Source of the DNA: Terriglobia bacterium
GTDB lineage: Bacteria > Acidobacteriota > Terriglobia > Terriglobales > Acidobacteriaceae
Assembly: GCA_963758435.1 (NCBI GenBank)
Contig: CAVWVN010000010.1
Location: 3,227-67,226, forward strand
Length of the DNA stretch: 64,000 bases
Direction of reading: 5' to 3'
Part shown: piece by piece, positions 7,795 through 18,442 of the stretch
Numbering within the stretch: the first letter of the stretch is position 1
Layout: every line of letters begins with the position of its first letter
Notes under the pieces: generated by a model
Database searches by the model: none
Seen by the model: only the letters and a program-made list of their open reading frames with translations
Told to the model about the DNA's origin: nothing
Translations under genes and position numbers: made by a program

Positions 7795-10500
7795 ATGATC
7801 GGTCAAGTCATCTCGCACTATCGTGTCATCGAGAAGCTCGGTGGCGGCGGTATGGGTGTGGTCTATAAGGCTGAGGACACCGAACTTGGCCGCTTCATCG
7901 CCCTGAAGTTCCTGACCGATGAGTCAGCCCGAGATCCGCAGGCGTTGGAACGTTTTCGTCGTGAAGCGCGTGCTGCCTCTGCTCTCAATCATCCCAACAT
8001 TTGCACCATCTATGAGATCGGCAAACACGGGGACCAATCCTTCATTGCCATGGAGTTTCTGGAAGGGGTGACGCTCAGACACAGGATCGCCGGGAAGCCA
8101 TTAGACGTCGACACCTTGCTATCGGTCGGGATCGAGGTTGCTGACGCACTTGCTGCGGCTCATGCGAAGGGCATCGTCCACCGCGACATAAAGCCTGCAA
8201 ACATCTTTGTGATTGCTGACGGGCATGCCAAGGTGCTCGACTTCGGTTTGGCTAAGGTCGGATTAGCGGCGACGCGGATGAACGCTGCACCTGCCGCGCT
8301 CACAATGAGCGAGGAACTGCTGACCAGCCCCGGTTCGGCGATGGGAACGGCGGCGTACATGTCGCCTGAGCAAGCCCTGGGTAAGGAATTGGATTCTAGG
8401 ACCGACTTGTTTTCCTTTGGCTCAGTCTTGTATGAGATGGCGACGGGAATGCTTGCCTTTCGAGGCGACACGTCAGCTGCTGTTTTCGATGCCATCCTGC
8501 ACAAGGAACCAACCGCCCCGGTACGCCTCAATCCCAATTTGCCCCCGGGGCTTGAGCGCATTATCGACAAGTGCTTGGAGAAAGATCGGGAGCTACGTTA
8601 CCAGCACGCTGCCGACATCCGCACTGACTTGAAGCGGCTAAAGCGGGATACGGATTCCAGCCACTCGCACGGATTGAGCGATGTCATTTCAATGGGTTCC
8701 GCAGGACCAGTCATACTTGCCGAAGCGAGACGCCATAAGGGAATTCTGGCAATGACGCTGGTTGGATTGGCAGTGCTGATCGCTGGGTTAGGGATTTACT
8801 TCTCTAGACTGAGCGGACGCGGCAACGAGTGGAACGCGCAGGGTATGACGATCAGGCGAGTCACACACAGCGGGAACGCGGTTAACGTCGCCATTTCCCC
8901 TGACGGCCGCTATGTGGTCTACGCTCTACAAGAAGGGGAAAAGCAGGGCCTGAATGTTCGTCAAGTAGCTACCGGAAGCGACGTGCAGATTCTACCGCCG
9001 GATGAAGTTTTCATTTATGGTCTGACTTTTACGCCAGACGCCAACTACATTGATTTTGTCCGATCCGAGAAAAACAATCAAGCTAGCACTTTTCTTTATC
9101 GAATGCCCACGCTGGGAGGAACACCGCGTCTCGTGATGCAGGGAGGAATCGACTTTTCAAACAGCTATTCTCCGGACGGCGCTCAGTTCGCTTTCTTACG
9201 GGTAGGCGGTGAAGGAATTGAACTATTAATTGCAAAGGCTGATGGAAGTAACCAACGGGTGCTCGCTACGCGTCCTTACCTTGACGGGTTTACTTGGGGT
9301 ACAGCGTGGTCCCCCGACGGCAAAACGATTGTCTTCTCAACTGTGGAATCGAAGAAAAGCGTTCGTTCGGTGCTCTGGGCAGTCTCGGTCGCCGATGGAT
9401 CGGTGCGTGAAATCTACTCTACGCCCAACTCTATCGGTCGTCCGCACTGGCTGCCGGATGGAAGTGGCCTTCTGGCGTCGATTGGCAACATTGATCCGCC
9501 CTTTGGCGGGCAACTCTGGTTCATTTCTTTTCCAAAGGGACAAGCAAGGCGTCTTACGAATGATTTGATGGATTACCAACCCTGGTCCCTGGATCTCACT
9601 CAGGACGGCAGGACTCTAGTCGACACCGTGCGGACGCGAGTCTCGGATCTGTGGATAGCGCCGGCCGATGATACCACCAAGGCCAAGCAGGTTACACGAA
9701 ATGACCATGCTGTTGGACGATTCTCCTGGACGCCTGACGGTCGGATCGTCTTCGCAAGCGGCGAGGGCAATCTGTCTGTTCTAAATCCCGATGGGAATGC
9801 GCGTGCCCTACTCATGCCCAACGACCATGCAATCCTGGACCCATCGATTTGTGGCGATGGACGCTATGTTGTCTACTCCGCCTACCTGGAACAAAAGCTT
9901 GGCATCTGGCGGATGGATGCCGATGGTTCCAACCACATCCGCATCGCGGACGAGACAGTCGCGACGTCCCCAAAATGTTCTCCGGATGGCAAGTGGGTGA
10001 TCTATTTAGGGGGTGGTTCCTTTACTCCGATGCGTGTGGCGATCACGGGCGAAAAGCCTCCAGAACCGATTGCGCAGAGCCCGGCGGTTTGGATTGGCGA
10101 TGTTCTCGCGTTCTCGCCAGACGGCAAGCGGATCGCATATCTTGCCGTTCCGGAGTCTTCCGTCGTTAACCCTAGTTCGCCCTCTGGATCACAACCAAAT
10201 AGGCTAATGGTAATTGCCTTCGATGGCGGTACCCTTTTGCATCAGTTTGATTGGCCCGGCGACGCGTCAGCCGGGGAGCCCCGCTGGGCACCAGCCGGTG
10301 AGGCAATTGACTATGTACTGATCCGGAACGGCGTCTCCAACATCTGGCGACAGAAGCTGGCTGGCGGAACGCCGAAGCAAATTACAAATTTCGAGTCGGG
10401 ACAGATCTTCGACTTCGAGTGGACGCGTGACGGCAAGCAACTCGCGTTGACCCGAGGCAGCGAGAGCAGCGACGTCATCCTGATCAGTAATTTTCGGTGA
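7795..10500 (+). CDS. Ser/Thr protein kinase fused to TM segment and TolB-like (PD40) beta-propeller repeats
   Basis: [11 protein letters not shown]...[21 protein letters not shown] and SPEQ kinase motifs. The C-terminal half has repeated SPDG/TPDG propeller blades. Confidence 0.9.
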   Translation: MIGQVISHYRVIEKLGGGGMGVVYKAEDTELGRFIALKFLTDESARDPQALERFRREARAASALNHPNICTIYEIGKHGDQSFIAMEFLEGVTLRHRIAGKPLDVDTLLSVGIEVADALAAAHAKGIVHRDIKPANIFVIADGHAKVLDFGLAKVGLAATRMNAAPAALTMSEELLTSPGSAMGTAAYMSPEQALGKELDSRTDLFSFGSVLYEMATGMLAFRGDTSAAVFDAILHKEPTAPVRLNPNLPPGLERIIDKCLEKDRELRYQHAADIRTDLKRLKRDTDSSHSHGLSDVISMGSAGPVILAEARRHKGILAMTLVGLAVLIAGLGIYFSRLSGRGNEWNAQGMTIRRVTHSGNAVNVAISPDGRYVVYALQEGEKQGLNVRQVATGSDVQILPPDEVFIYGLTFTPDANYIDFVRSEKNNQASTFLYRMPTLGGTPRLVMQGGIDFSNSYSPDGAQFAFLRVGGEGIELLIAKADGSNQRVLATRPYLDGFTWGTAWSPDGKTIVFSTVESKKSVRSVLWAVSVADGSVREIYSTPNSIGRPHWLPDGSGLLASIGNIDPPFGGQLWFISFPKGQARRLTNDLMDYQPWSLDLTQDGRTLVDTVRTRVSDLWIAPADDTTKAKQVTRNDHAVGRFSWTPDGRIVFASGEGNLSVLNPDGNARALLMPNDHAILDPSICGDGRYVVYSAYLEQKLGIWRMDADGSNHIRIADETVATSPKCSPDGKWVIYLGGGSFTPMRVAITGEKPPEPIAQSPAVWIGDVLAFSPDGKRIAYLAVPESSVVNPSSPSGSQPNRLMVIAFDGGTLLHQFDWPGDASAGEPRWAPAGEAIDYVLIRNGVSNIWRQKLAGGTPKQITNFESGQIFDFEWTRDGKQLALTRGSESSDVILISNFR

Positions 10501-10612
10501 TCGCCCTGCGTTCCGATGCGGTGTCTCCAAGATCCGCCGCGCGATATAGGCTAGTCCACTGAACGATCAGTCGGTAACCCGGATGTGGCCGTCCCCTGAC
10601 ATTTTGGCGATT

Positions 10613-10664
10613 GCTCCCGAGTGACGAGCAACTCTTCCCTAATCTTAAAGGAAGGGTTGCCGAC
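10613..10664 (+). repeat. about 52-nt conserved element, copy 1 (GCTCCCGAGTGACGAGCAACTCTTCCCTAATCTTAAAGGAAGGGTTGCCGAC)
   Basis: Second copy at 14657-14710, with 4 substitutions and a 2-nt indel. Conserved CTTCC/GGAAG hairpin. Confidence 0.6.
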
Positions 10665-10808
10665 GATCCGGGAGTTACCGCGTGGTGGCTCAATCTGAGA
10701 TGCTGGATGTGGCCACCTCTAGCTAGCTTGCTGTAGAGTCGGATACAGTCGAGAAGGCCCGGGAAGTCAAAGCCGAAATCGGGGAGAATTAAATAGGAGG
10801 CACAAACA

Positions 10809-11859
10809 ATGGTCCAATCGGGTGCGCACAAGAACGAATGCCTGAGGATTCTGTTCTGTCTAATCGCCTGCGCCTTATTGTTGACCGCGTCTCCTCCACC
10901 TGCAGCGGCACAGTTCAAGGCTTGGGTCATGGCCAAGCTCCCCGACACGCCTGAGGGTCTGGGAGTCGATTCGCATGGCAACCTCTACGCGACCCTGATG
11001 CATATTGGAGAAGTCGTCATGCTCAAGGATGACGGCAGCTACGATCACATCGCGTGGGTGCCGTCGAAGGAAGAAAGCGAAAATGGAGACCTGATCGGAC
11101 TGGATCTTGACTATGCTGGCAACATTTACGTCGCATACACGGGCCATTCGAAACATGACTTTAGGAAGGACTTGGCAGATCCAATCCATCCCGCTTGCCG
11201 GGACGCGACGGTGACCCAATCTGGCGTTTATAAGATCGACGCTAAAACCCGAAAGGTAACGCCCCTCGCGACAAAAGCGGAGGGTTGGCCATTTTGCTAT
11301 CCCGACGATGTTGCGATCGACTCCGAGCGGCAACGTGTACATGACGGATCTCACGTACTCCGGAATTTGGAAAATCTCTCCCGATGGGAAAAAGGTGGAC
11401 CTGTGGTCGGCACATCCCCTCCTTAATTGGTTTTCTAAGCCCTATTCGGGATTCCCCCTAGGCGTCAATGATCTCGTGCTCGATAAGCAAGAGAAGAACA
11501 TCTATGCCGTGACCGACGGCGATCCCTTGGTACTCAGGATCCCGATTAAAGATGATGGAACGGCCGGTGAACCTGTGCCATTGCCTTACGGATTCTCAGC
11601 ATTCGATGGGATCGAGTTGGACGACAAAGGCAACATCTACGTATCGGAGATTTTGCTCAACCAGATCTGGGTCCTTTCGCCCAACGGTTCGCAGCGCATC
11701 CTGATAGCCACTAAGCAGAACGCGCCGCTGGACAACAACACTAGCCTGGTCTTGAAAGGAGATGTTCTTTGTACGGCCAACCTTGGCTTCACACACGCGA
11801 AACCCGAGGAAGCAGACCGGACAGTGGTCTGCATGAAGGGTTTCCCCCTGCCGAAATAG
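10809..11859 (+). pseudogene. SMP-30/gluconolactonase/strictosidine-synthase-like beta-propeller gene with a 1-nt frameshift near 11328
   Basis: ORF 10809..11426 (signal peptide...PDDVAIDSE) continues in ORF 11308..11859 (GNVYMTDLTYSGIWKISPDGK...). The propeller motif is split between the two frames. Confidence 0.7.
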
Positions 11860-12021
11860 TTGGATTATGGAAGAGTAGCCGACCACTCTGGAGTTATGGC
11901 GTGCTGGCGGGCAGCGTGCGAATTGAGAGAGCCGCCGAGTTTCTTAATCTGGCGCCATCGGGAGACCACTCGGGGAAGAGTGCCAATATCGGTTGGCGTT
12001 AGTGGGCTGCAGTTTTCCGCT

Positions 12022-13869
12022 TCACGATTGAAACCCGATGCGGCGTAACCAGCTGGCAAACCGCGGATCCGAGCGGAGATTGTCGAGGGTCGGATCAACC
12101 TTCATGTTTCGGACTCCCGCTCGGTCGACAAATATCTTCTCCAATGCAGCATATGCGGCATCTTTATCGCCGAGCATCGCATACTGCCCAGCCGCATAGT
12201 AGGATTGGCCTGCGGCTTTAAAATCTTTGGCCGATCGCCGAAGATAGCCAGGATAACCCGACTGATCGTAAATATGTTTCAGTTCCTCAGCGTGCGCCTC
12301 GTGACCACTCAGTCGTTCCACCTCGATCCATTCTGACATCGCTTGTTTGTAGTTCCCCTTCTGCTCATACGCAAGTCCCAGCGTGATCCTTGCTTGCCAA
12401 TAGGCTGGACCCATCGCCAGTGTTTTGTTCGCTTGCTCGATGGCATGGTCGTAGTCGCGTGCCCAGTAGTACTCAAAGGCCAGACTCAAATTGCTTTGTT
12501 CCGCGAGAGGATCAAGTTCCACAGCTCTTCTGCACTCGGCGAGCCCCTCCTGGGTTCTGCCCATGCTGACCTTGATCCAACAGGAAACCTCATGGGCGTA
12601 GGCAGAGTTGACATCAAGTGCCAGAGCCTTCTGAATCTCCTCTTCTGCTTCCGGAAAGTTCCAGAAATAATTGAGATCAAGATTGGCTAAGGCAATGTGG
12701 GACTCGGGAATCTGGGCGTCGAGTTCCAGTGCGCGACGGGCGGCAGACCGCGCTCTTTCCATCAACTCAGGCCCGGAGAGATAACCCATGTAGCCCTGAA
12801 CCGCGTAAACATCAGCCAGCCCAGCATGCGCAGCCGCAAAGTTGGGGTCCGTGGCGACCGCCCGGTCGAAAAAGTCTGTCGCTGCCTTCAAGCTTTCGGG
12901 TGTCCAACTTTCGAAGTCGTACCTCCCCCGCAGGTAGAGCCGGTACGCCTCGGCATTAATCGTGCCCACTTGCGCCAGGCTTGCCCGTTCATTTCCGCTT
13001 AAGTGTGGCCGCAGTATGGCGGCAAGGTCGCGTGTGATGGCGGTTCGGAGCCGAGAGGCCTCATCCGCACTGCGCGTGTATCGTTCACCCCAGAGTTGTG
13101 CTCCAGAGGCAACGTCTACCAACTCGGTTTCAACGCTAAGTTCACTGCCGTGCTCAGCCACACGGCCTGTCAGTACGGCATCGACATGCAGATTACGTCC
13201 CGCACCTTGCGGATCGTCTTGAGACTTGTAGTGAGAGACACTGCTGCGGGCCATGACTCGGAGATTCGGAAGCCGGGAAAGGCTGTTCGTGATCTCCTCG
13301 GAAAGACCGTCGACAAGGTAGTCCATCTCGGGTTTGTTGCTTGCGTTCTTAAAAGCGAGCACGGCGAGGGACCGAATTCTTGGTTCACGAACGTGGCGGA
13401 TATAGAGCCAAAGCAGAAAGCCAGCCACGAGCAGCGCTGCGAGAGCGCAGGCGGCGAAAACCCACTTTGGGAGTGGACGAACTACCGGCTGCGGCGCCGG
13501 CTCTGCCGTCTGATTCGCTGGCCGCTGATCCCCAATCAAAGTCCCGATGAAGCGATAGCCACGCTTCGGCACGGTTTCAACAAAGCGGGGATTCTCTGCC
13601 TGCTCCTGGAGCGCCTCGCGCAGCTTCTTGATCGCGCTATTCAGGCTGTGATCGAAGTCGACAAACGTGTCGGCCGGCCAAAGCCTTCGCTGCAGTTCCT
13701 CCCGGGTTACGATCTCCCCCGGGCGCTCTAGCAACATGACCAACACCTGAAAGGGCTGGCCCTGTAACTTGATCCTCAGCCCGCTTTTGCGCAATTCGCC
13801 CTCCCGAGGATCGACCTCGAACACTCCGAAGCGAAAAAGACGCGGGGGTTGTGGGGAGAATGGCATCAT
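12022..13869 (-). CDS. CadC/OmpR-type winged-helix transcriptional regulator with TM segment and TPR domain
   Basis: N-terminus FRFGVFEVDPREGELRKSG...GQPFQVLVMLLERPGEIVTREEL...VETVPKRGYRF. One TM segment, then TPR-like repeats. Confidence 0.85.
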   Translation of the reverse strand: MMPFSPQPPRLFRFGVFEVDPREGELRKSGLRIKLQGQPFQVLVMLLERPGEIVTREELQRRLWPADTFVDFDHSLNSAIKKLREALQEQAENPRFVETVPKRGYRFIGTLIGDQRPANQTAEPAPQPVVRPLPKWVFAACALAALLVAGFLLWLYIRHVREPRIRSLAVLAFKNASNKPEMDYLVDGLSEEITNSLSRLPNLRVMARSSVSHYKSQDDPQGAGRNLHVDAVLTGRVAEHGSELSVETELVDVASGAQLWGERYTRSADEASRLRTAITRDLAAILRPHLSGNERASLAQVGTINAEAYRLYLRGRYDFESWTPESLKAATDFFDRAVATDPNFAAAHAGLADVYAVQGYMGYLSGPELMERARSAARRALELDAQIPESHIALANLDLNYFWNFPEAEEEIQKALALDVNSAYAHEVSCWIKVSMGRTQEGLAECRRAVELDPLAEQSNLSLAFEYYWARDYDHAIEQANKTLAMGPAYWQARITLGLAYEQKGNYKQAMSEWIEVERLSGHEAHAEELKHIYDQSGYPGYLRRSAKDFKAAGQSYYAAGQYAMLGDKDAAYAALEKIFVDRAGVRNMKVDPTLDNLRSDPRFASWLRRIGFQS

Positions 13870-14082
13870 CCCACCAGGGACTGGAGATGAAGTCTACCAC
13901 CATCTGCTGTCGAATCGGGTCGCCCACCGCTGGTCATTCTCAGAGTTAAACATCCCGGAATCATTGAGTTGGGTGGTGACAACCCCTTCACCTACAAGTG
14001 ATTCGGAGAGTATTGCCGCTTCCTGTCGGCCATGAGAATTTCGCTCCGTCAGCGGTTTGGACCGCTTGACGAGGAGGATGGT

Positions 14083-14496
14083 ATGAAAAGGAAACTATGG
14101 CAAGTAGTGGGATTTCTGGCAGCACTTCTGGCAGCTGCAACTGCAGTCGGCCAGACCGAGCGGGACGACACAATTGCGGACATCCCATTCGCGTTCACCG
14201 TGGCGAACCATACGCTTCCGCCAGGACGCTACATCGTCACACGTCCGAGCGAGAAGTTTCTCCGCATTTTCAACTCCCACAACCAAGGCATGTTCGCGCT
14301 GACCAACAAGGTGGAAGGTAAGGCGCCCCAGAGCGGCAAGCTGGTTTTTCACCGCTACGGGGATGCCTACTTTCTTTCTGAGGTGTGGGTCTCCGCCAGC
14401 AGGACCGGGCGCAAGGTTGTCCAGTCCCGATCCGAGGAGGACGTGGCCGGAAAACAAACTGCAATGGAGATCGCAGAACTGCAAATTGCCCGATAA
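14083..14496 (+). CDS. small secreted hypothetical protein
   Basis: ATG at 14083 preceded by GAGGAGGA. Signal peptide MKRKLWQVVGFLAALLAAATAVGQ. Divergent from the CadC-like gene. Confidence 0.6.
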   Translation: MKRKLWQVVGFLAALLAAATAVGQTERDDTIADIPFAFTVANHTLPPGRYIVTRPSEKFLRIFNSHNQGMFALTNKVEGKAPQSGKLVFHRYGDAYFLSEVWVSASRTGRKVVQSRSEEDVAGKQTAMEIAELQIAR

Positions 14497-14656
14497 CCAA
14501 CTGATGGCGAGGGATCTGCAGTTGTGGAGAAATCCCAAGGAAAAACTGCAGGTTCCTCGTGGGGGCTGTTCCCGGGGCTGTTCCCCCGAATGATGCGCTC
14601 CAAGCCTTTTCAATGAGACTTCGAGATGCGGTCCGTTAGTGAACCTAAGGCGTATG

Positions 14657-14710
14657 GCTCCCGAGCGACGGGCTACTCTTCCCTAATCTTGTAAAGGAAG
14701 GTTTGCCGAC
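14657..14710 (+). repeat. about 52-nt conserved element, copy 2
   Basis: GCTCCCGAGCGACGGGCTACTCTTCCCTAATCTTGTAAAGGAAGGTTTGCCGAC; see 10613-10664. Confidence 0.6.
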
Positions 14711-14856
14711 AAGCCATCCAGCATCGCTGATTCCCTTGGAGTGGCAGTGATGATCCCAACGCTACTTTGGGTACGCCGCTCGAAGAACCCCCTCACTGGA
14801 TGATCATGTGGCCATTCGATCCATCGACCGGACTTTCGGTCGAGCCGAGGCAGACA

Positions 14857-14950
14857 GAAGTCTTAGTGCTGTATCTGAAGCGCCCCTTCACAGCTCATCG
14901 GAACGATAAATCTTCACTCGTGGGCGCTTCAGATACAGCACTAAGACTTC
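14857..14950. repeat. perfect 27-bp inverted repeat with 40-nt spacer
   Basis: GAAGTCTTAGTGCTGTATCTGAAGCGC (14857-14883) is the exact reverse complement of 14924-14950. Confidence 0.9.
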
Positions 14951-15333
14951 CCGGTACTGATCCGCTCGGTGCCCATCTAGATTGCTTCCGGATTGCCGAC
15001 AATCCACGAACTTGGACTCAATCTTTCCTAGCCGTACGTACCGTGGATCATCTCATTGTGCAGAGTGGCGACCTAAGAAGCTCAGAATTGCCGTGGCGTT
15101 TTCTGTTGGATTTCGTCCTCAACAAAATGCGTCGCCCTGGAGATTGCAGACAATTCCGGATTCGGCAAGCACTGCGAAAGACGTATTACTACGGCACGAT
15201 ATGCCCCCTTGCCAGGATTGACCAATGTGGTCGCGGCCCCCACAGCAGAGCGCGGGCCGCCAATCTTGTAGTCATCATTTCGCACTTCCCATAGGTTTCG
15301 GTTGGTCGGCTGCTCTAAAGCTTGATGCGCTGC

Positions 15334-15696
15334 CTAAGTGCCCATCTGGTCCGGTCGCTGAAAGTAGGCTCTCGCTTCCGGTCGGAATAGAACATAGGCG
15401 GTCAGCACGAACATCAAACCGTGTGCTGCGACCTTTTGCAGCGAATCGAAGAAGCTGATGACGACGTGAAATCCGATCCAGGCTAGCACTAGCCACCGCG
15501 CCCAGTTGTTGCCTCGGAGCATAAATGCTCCACCCACAATTGCAGCAACCTCGATGATCTCGATTAGGAGGTCGTCGCGGTGAAAACCATGCCCGCCGAA
15601 GTCGGGGTAGAGGTGGTAGGCAAAACCAACAGTGCCTACCGTGACATAGATGCATGCGAGGATGGTTACAGAAACGGGACGCTTATTTGCATTCAC
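15334..15696 (-). CDS. small integral membrane protein (hypothetical)
   Basis: Hydrophobic helices (VTILACIYVTVGTVGFAY..., IIEVAAIVGGAFML, WLVLAWIGFHVVISFF). The GTG at 15696 after GGAG avoids overlap with the upstream VOC gene. The start is uncertain. Confidence 0.5.
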   Translation of the reverse strand: MNANKRPVSVTILACIYVTVGTVGFAYHLYPDFGGHGFHRDDLLIEIIEVAAIVGGAFMLRGNNWARWLVLAWIGFHVVISFFDSLQKVAAHGLMFVLTAYVLFRPEARAYFQRPDQMGT

Positions 15697-15721
15697 ACGG
15701 ATGTCTCCATAGTGCGCCAGA

Positions 15722-16135
15722 TCATTGGAGAATCTTTCCGATGAGCCACATGTGCCCAAACGGATCGAGCACAGCTCCTTGCAGCATGCTTTTGATCGGG
15801 TTTGGCCCCGCAGTTGTGTGTGTATGTTCGCGAACGGGGTCTTTCTCAATGGCTCCTGCCTCCAAGGCCCGGCGATGCACCGCAACGGGATCATCCACGA
15901 ACAGTTCTATTCTGACCGTGGTGAAACCGGCGCCGGCTGGGGACCGTGTACCGTAAGCTGGGGTCTCGGTTGCGAGAAAGAATTGCGCGCCCTGAACCGA
16001 GAGCCCTGCGACGACATCCCCTCCACCTCCAAGGCGCCAGAGAGCTGTCGCTCCGAATGCGCGTTTGTAGAATTCAATCGCAGCGTTCCCATCGCTGACA
16101 GCCAGCATAGGAGAAATTTGCGGCATTGTGGTCAC
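15722..16135 (-). CDS. VOC (glyoxalase/bleomycin-resistance/PhnB-like) family protein
   Basis: 137 aa; ISPMLAVSDGNAAIEFYKRAFGA...LDPFGHMWLI pattern. Confidence 0.85.
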   Translation of the reverse strand: MTTMPQISPMLAVSDGNAAIEFYKRAFGATALWRLGGGGDVVAGLSVQGAQFFLATETPAYGTRSPAGAGFTTVRIELFVDDPVAVHRRALEAGAIEKDPVREHTHTTAGPNPIKSMLQGAVLDPFGHMWLIGKILQ

Positions 16136-16217
16136 CTAGTAAAGCTGCGCACATTTGAACAACGTGCCTAGGAAATTAGGGTAAAGAACTGCTGGCCGGC
16201 TGTATTGTAGAAAAGCG

Positions 16218-16510
16218 TCACAGCGCCGCAATGGGCACATGATTATTCCGCTGCGGAGAGTGGGGTCTGTATTCCGTTGGCGTAATGCCCGCTATATCCT
16301 GAAAATCGTGGATAAGGTGAGCTTGGTCGGTGTATCCATGTTCGGCCGCTAGCACGCACCAGTCGGGTTTACTGGAGAGACGTACCGCACGCAAGACCCG
16401 TTGCAGCCTGTGGACACGCGCAAACCGTTTGGGAGTGATCCCAACCTGAGCAGAGAATCGACGCTCAAGGGTTCTCAGCGAAAGCCCCAGGCGCAAGGCA
16501 ACGTGCGATA
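16218..16510 (-). pseudogene. AraC-family HTH domain only (N-terminally truncated fragment)
   Basis: LSLRTLERRFSAQVGITPKRFARVHRLQRV...AAEHGYTDQAHLIHDFQDIAGITPTEY. There is no sensor domain upstream. Confidence 0.6.
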
Positions 16511-16513
16511 CTG

Positions 16514-16834
16514 ATGCGCCGGCTCCTTGCCCGGCCTGACTTCCTACACAAACCACCAGCGTACGCGGTCGCCGGCAAACCACTGGAGCTGGTGCTGCAC
16601 GTTCGCGGCGCGAATCCCGCTGCGATCCGCCTGCATTACCGTGCCCTCAACCAGCAGGAAAGCTTTCGCACCATCGAAGGCGGCCCGTCCTTCACGATAC
16701 CTGCAGACCAGATTTCCGCACGCTTCGACCTCCTTTACTACTTCGAGGTGCTGAATACCGAAAAGACGGGATGGTTCTATCCCGACCCGGCTACGAGCAC
16801 GCCCTATTTTGTGGTCGAGACGAAAACGAAATGA
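16514..16834 (+). pseudogene. probable C-terminal fragment of a larger conserved hypothetical protein
   Basis: The 106-aa ORF has no plausible N-terminal domain or RBS and abuts another fragment. The family was not recognised. Confidence 0.3.
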
Positions 16835-16914
16835 GCGAGAGCGATCAAGACGGCGATTGATGCGGGATTCGCCGACCACCGGCGCCGATCACGGATTGAC
16901 GTACCTGATCATCG

Positions 16915-16963
16915 CCCCGGCTGTCACGGCAGAGGCCGCTGGTTCGAGTCCCGTCGTCCCCGC
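16915..16963 (+). pseudogene. tRNA-Asp(GTC)-like 3' half (relic D): anticodon loop to 3' end
   Basis: CCCCGGCTGTCACGGCAGAGGCCGCTGGTTCGAGTCCCGTCGTCCCCGC; no 5' half. Confidence 0.55.
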
Positions 16964-17010
16964 TATTCATTCCAAATTCCAAAAGAGTGGAACGAATCTC
17001 ACTGCACGCC

Positions 17011-17045
17011 TTTTCGTCAATTAGAAGCGTTTTCAGGTGCGCTCC
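17011..17045 (+). repeat. 35-nt conserved segment following relic D (TTTTCGTCAATTAGAAGCGTTTTCAGGTGCGCTCC)
   Basis: 34/35 identical to 21905-21939, which follows relic E. Confidence 0.8.
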
Positions 17046-17048
17046 TGT

Positions 17049-17300
17049 TCATGACTTGGTCATACTTACGCTGGTCGGAGAGTCGGCTAGGACTAAGCCG
17101 CTGGTGCGACGGACGCTGCGCGAGCCAGGATGCACTCCAGAGATCGTGGTTTTTACCCAAGCGCTTTTCGCCCCACGATACAAGGCCGCAAGAAAAGCCC
17201 CTCCGGGTCGCAACACAGATTTGAAACGAGAGAGAGTCTTTTCGATTTCACTCGCGCGAATGGCGAGGTCAAACGGTTGATAGTGGGTGGATGTGCATCG
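17049..17300 (-). pseudogene. C-terminal fragment of a class I SAM-dependent methyltransferase
   Basis: SRFKSVLRPGGAFLAALY resembles the post-motif-II region. There is no SAM-binding GxGxG part. Confidence 0.3.
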
Positions 17301-17613
17301 CGCAGTCTCCGGGTTGGCCGACAATCCGGTAAATTCGCACCAATTCAATCAACTCAAGCGCGTCTATGAAGAGTTGACGGACGAGGCGATCTCCGCACGC
17401 CGCGGCGCCGACGAATTTACTGGCGAGAGAACCAAAGCTGGAATATCTTACCCACAGCGGCAAATCGAAGCGCTTCGGGTCAGCTACACTTCTCCCCGGT
17501 ATCTTTCAAAGCGAGACGCTCCAGGAGCGAGCAGCACCGTGCAGCCAATCGAAAGAGCGACCGACGATACGGGGCCAGAGCGTCCTCAACAACGTGATTT
17601 TCGGGGCACGAGC

Positions 17614-18318
17614 TTGATAGGTCCGCGCCTCTATCTGCCGGCGACGATTCTCATAATCGTCATCGCCTTTATTGGCTTCTGGCCCACTTATTTCGGCCCC
17701 GCCCTCAAGGGCAGGGTCCACGTTCCTCCGCTTATCCATTTGCATGCCGTCATTTATGTGACATGGCTGACACTGTTCGCTACCCAGGTCACGCTGGCGG
17801 CGACGAACCGTGTCAAGCTGCACATGCAGTTGGGCCGATGGATCATGGCCTACGGCGTGGTAGTCGTCATCGCAGGCCTGATGGCGGCAGCTCAGGGCTT
17901 TGGGACAAGACTTGCAACCGAAGATGTGTTCCGTGCCCAACGATGGCTTTTCGGTGTACTGCGTGACTTGGTGTTTTTCGTGCCGTTCTTAATCGCTGGT
18001 TGGATCTATCGGGGAAAGCCAGAAATTCACAAGCGACTCATGGTCCTGGCTACCACGATCTTAGTGCTACCAGCCGTCAGTCGAATGTCCTTCCTGGGTT
18101 CGCCAGTCCCGCTGTGGAAATTCATGCTGGTATGGCCAATACCTGTCTACCTCTTGATGATTCATGATTTCTACAAGAAACGCCTCATTCATCCGGTGTA
18201 TCTGATCGGCGTGGCCACCATGCTGACTATGCGATTAATACTGCCGTTCGGAAGTTCTCACGCGTGGCAGTCGATCGCTGCCATGATTACGGCGTTCTAT
18301 CGAGCGACACTCGGCTAA
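17614..18318 (+). CDS. polytopic membrane protein (hypothetical; paralogous fragments at 22173-22334 and 22517-22924)
   Basis: At least 6 hydrophobic helices. The maximal ORF starts at 17287, but its hydrophilic lead is probably not coding. The TTG at 17614 is a guess. Confidence 0.55.
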   Translation: MIGPRLYLPATILIIVIAFIGFWPTYFGPALKGRVHVPPLIHLHAVIYVTWLTLFATQVTLAATNRVKLHMQLGRWIMAYGVVVVIAGLMAAAQGFGTRLATEDVFRAQRWLFGVLRDLVFFVPFLIAGWIYRGKPEIHKRLMVLATTILVLPAVSRMSFLGSPVPLWKFMLVWPIPVYLLMIHDFYKKRLIHPVYLIGVATMLTMRLILPFGSSHAWQSIAAMITAFYRATLG

Positions 18319-18442
18319 GGCTCAGTCTGGGCTTTCTTGCCAATGTGGTCTAACTCCCCGTAAGTCGGCTTAGTCCTAGCCCGTAATTCGCCCGCAATCG
18401 GCGGCGAGTGCCATAGACCGCTTAACTTCCTCTCCCATTGAT

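Noticed and set aside
14767-15294. 175-aa ORF as a real gene, along with overlapping ORFs 14982..15221 and 15082..15285.
   Set aside because: No recognisable family. It would have to encode both arms of a perfect 27-bp palindrome, and its composition is atypical. It was left unannotated, though a decayed gene cannot be excluded.
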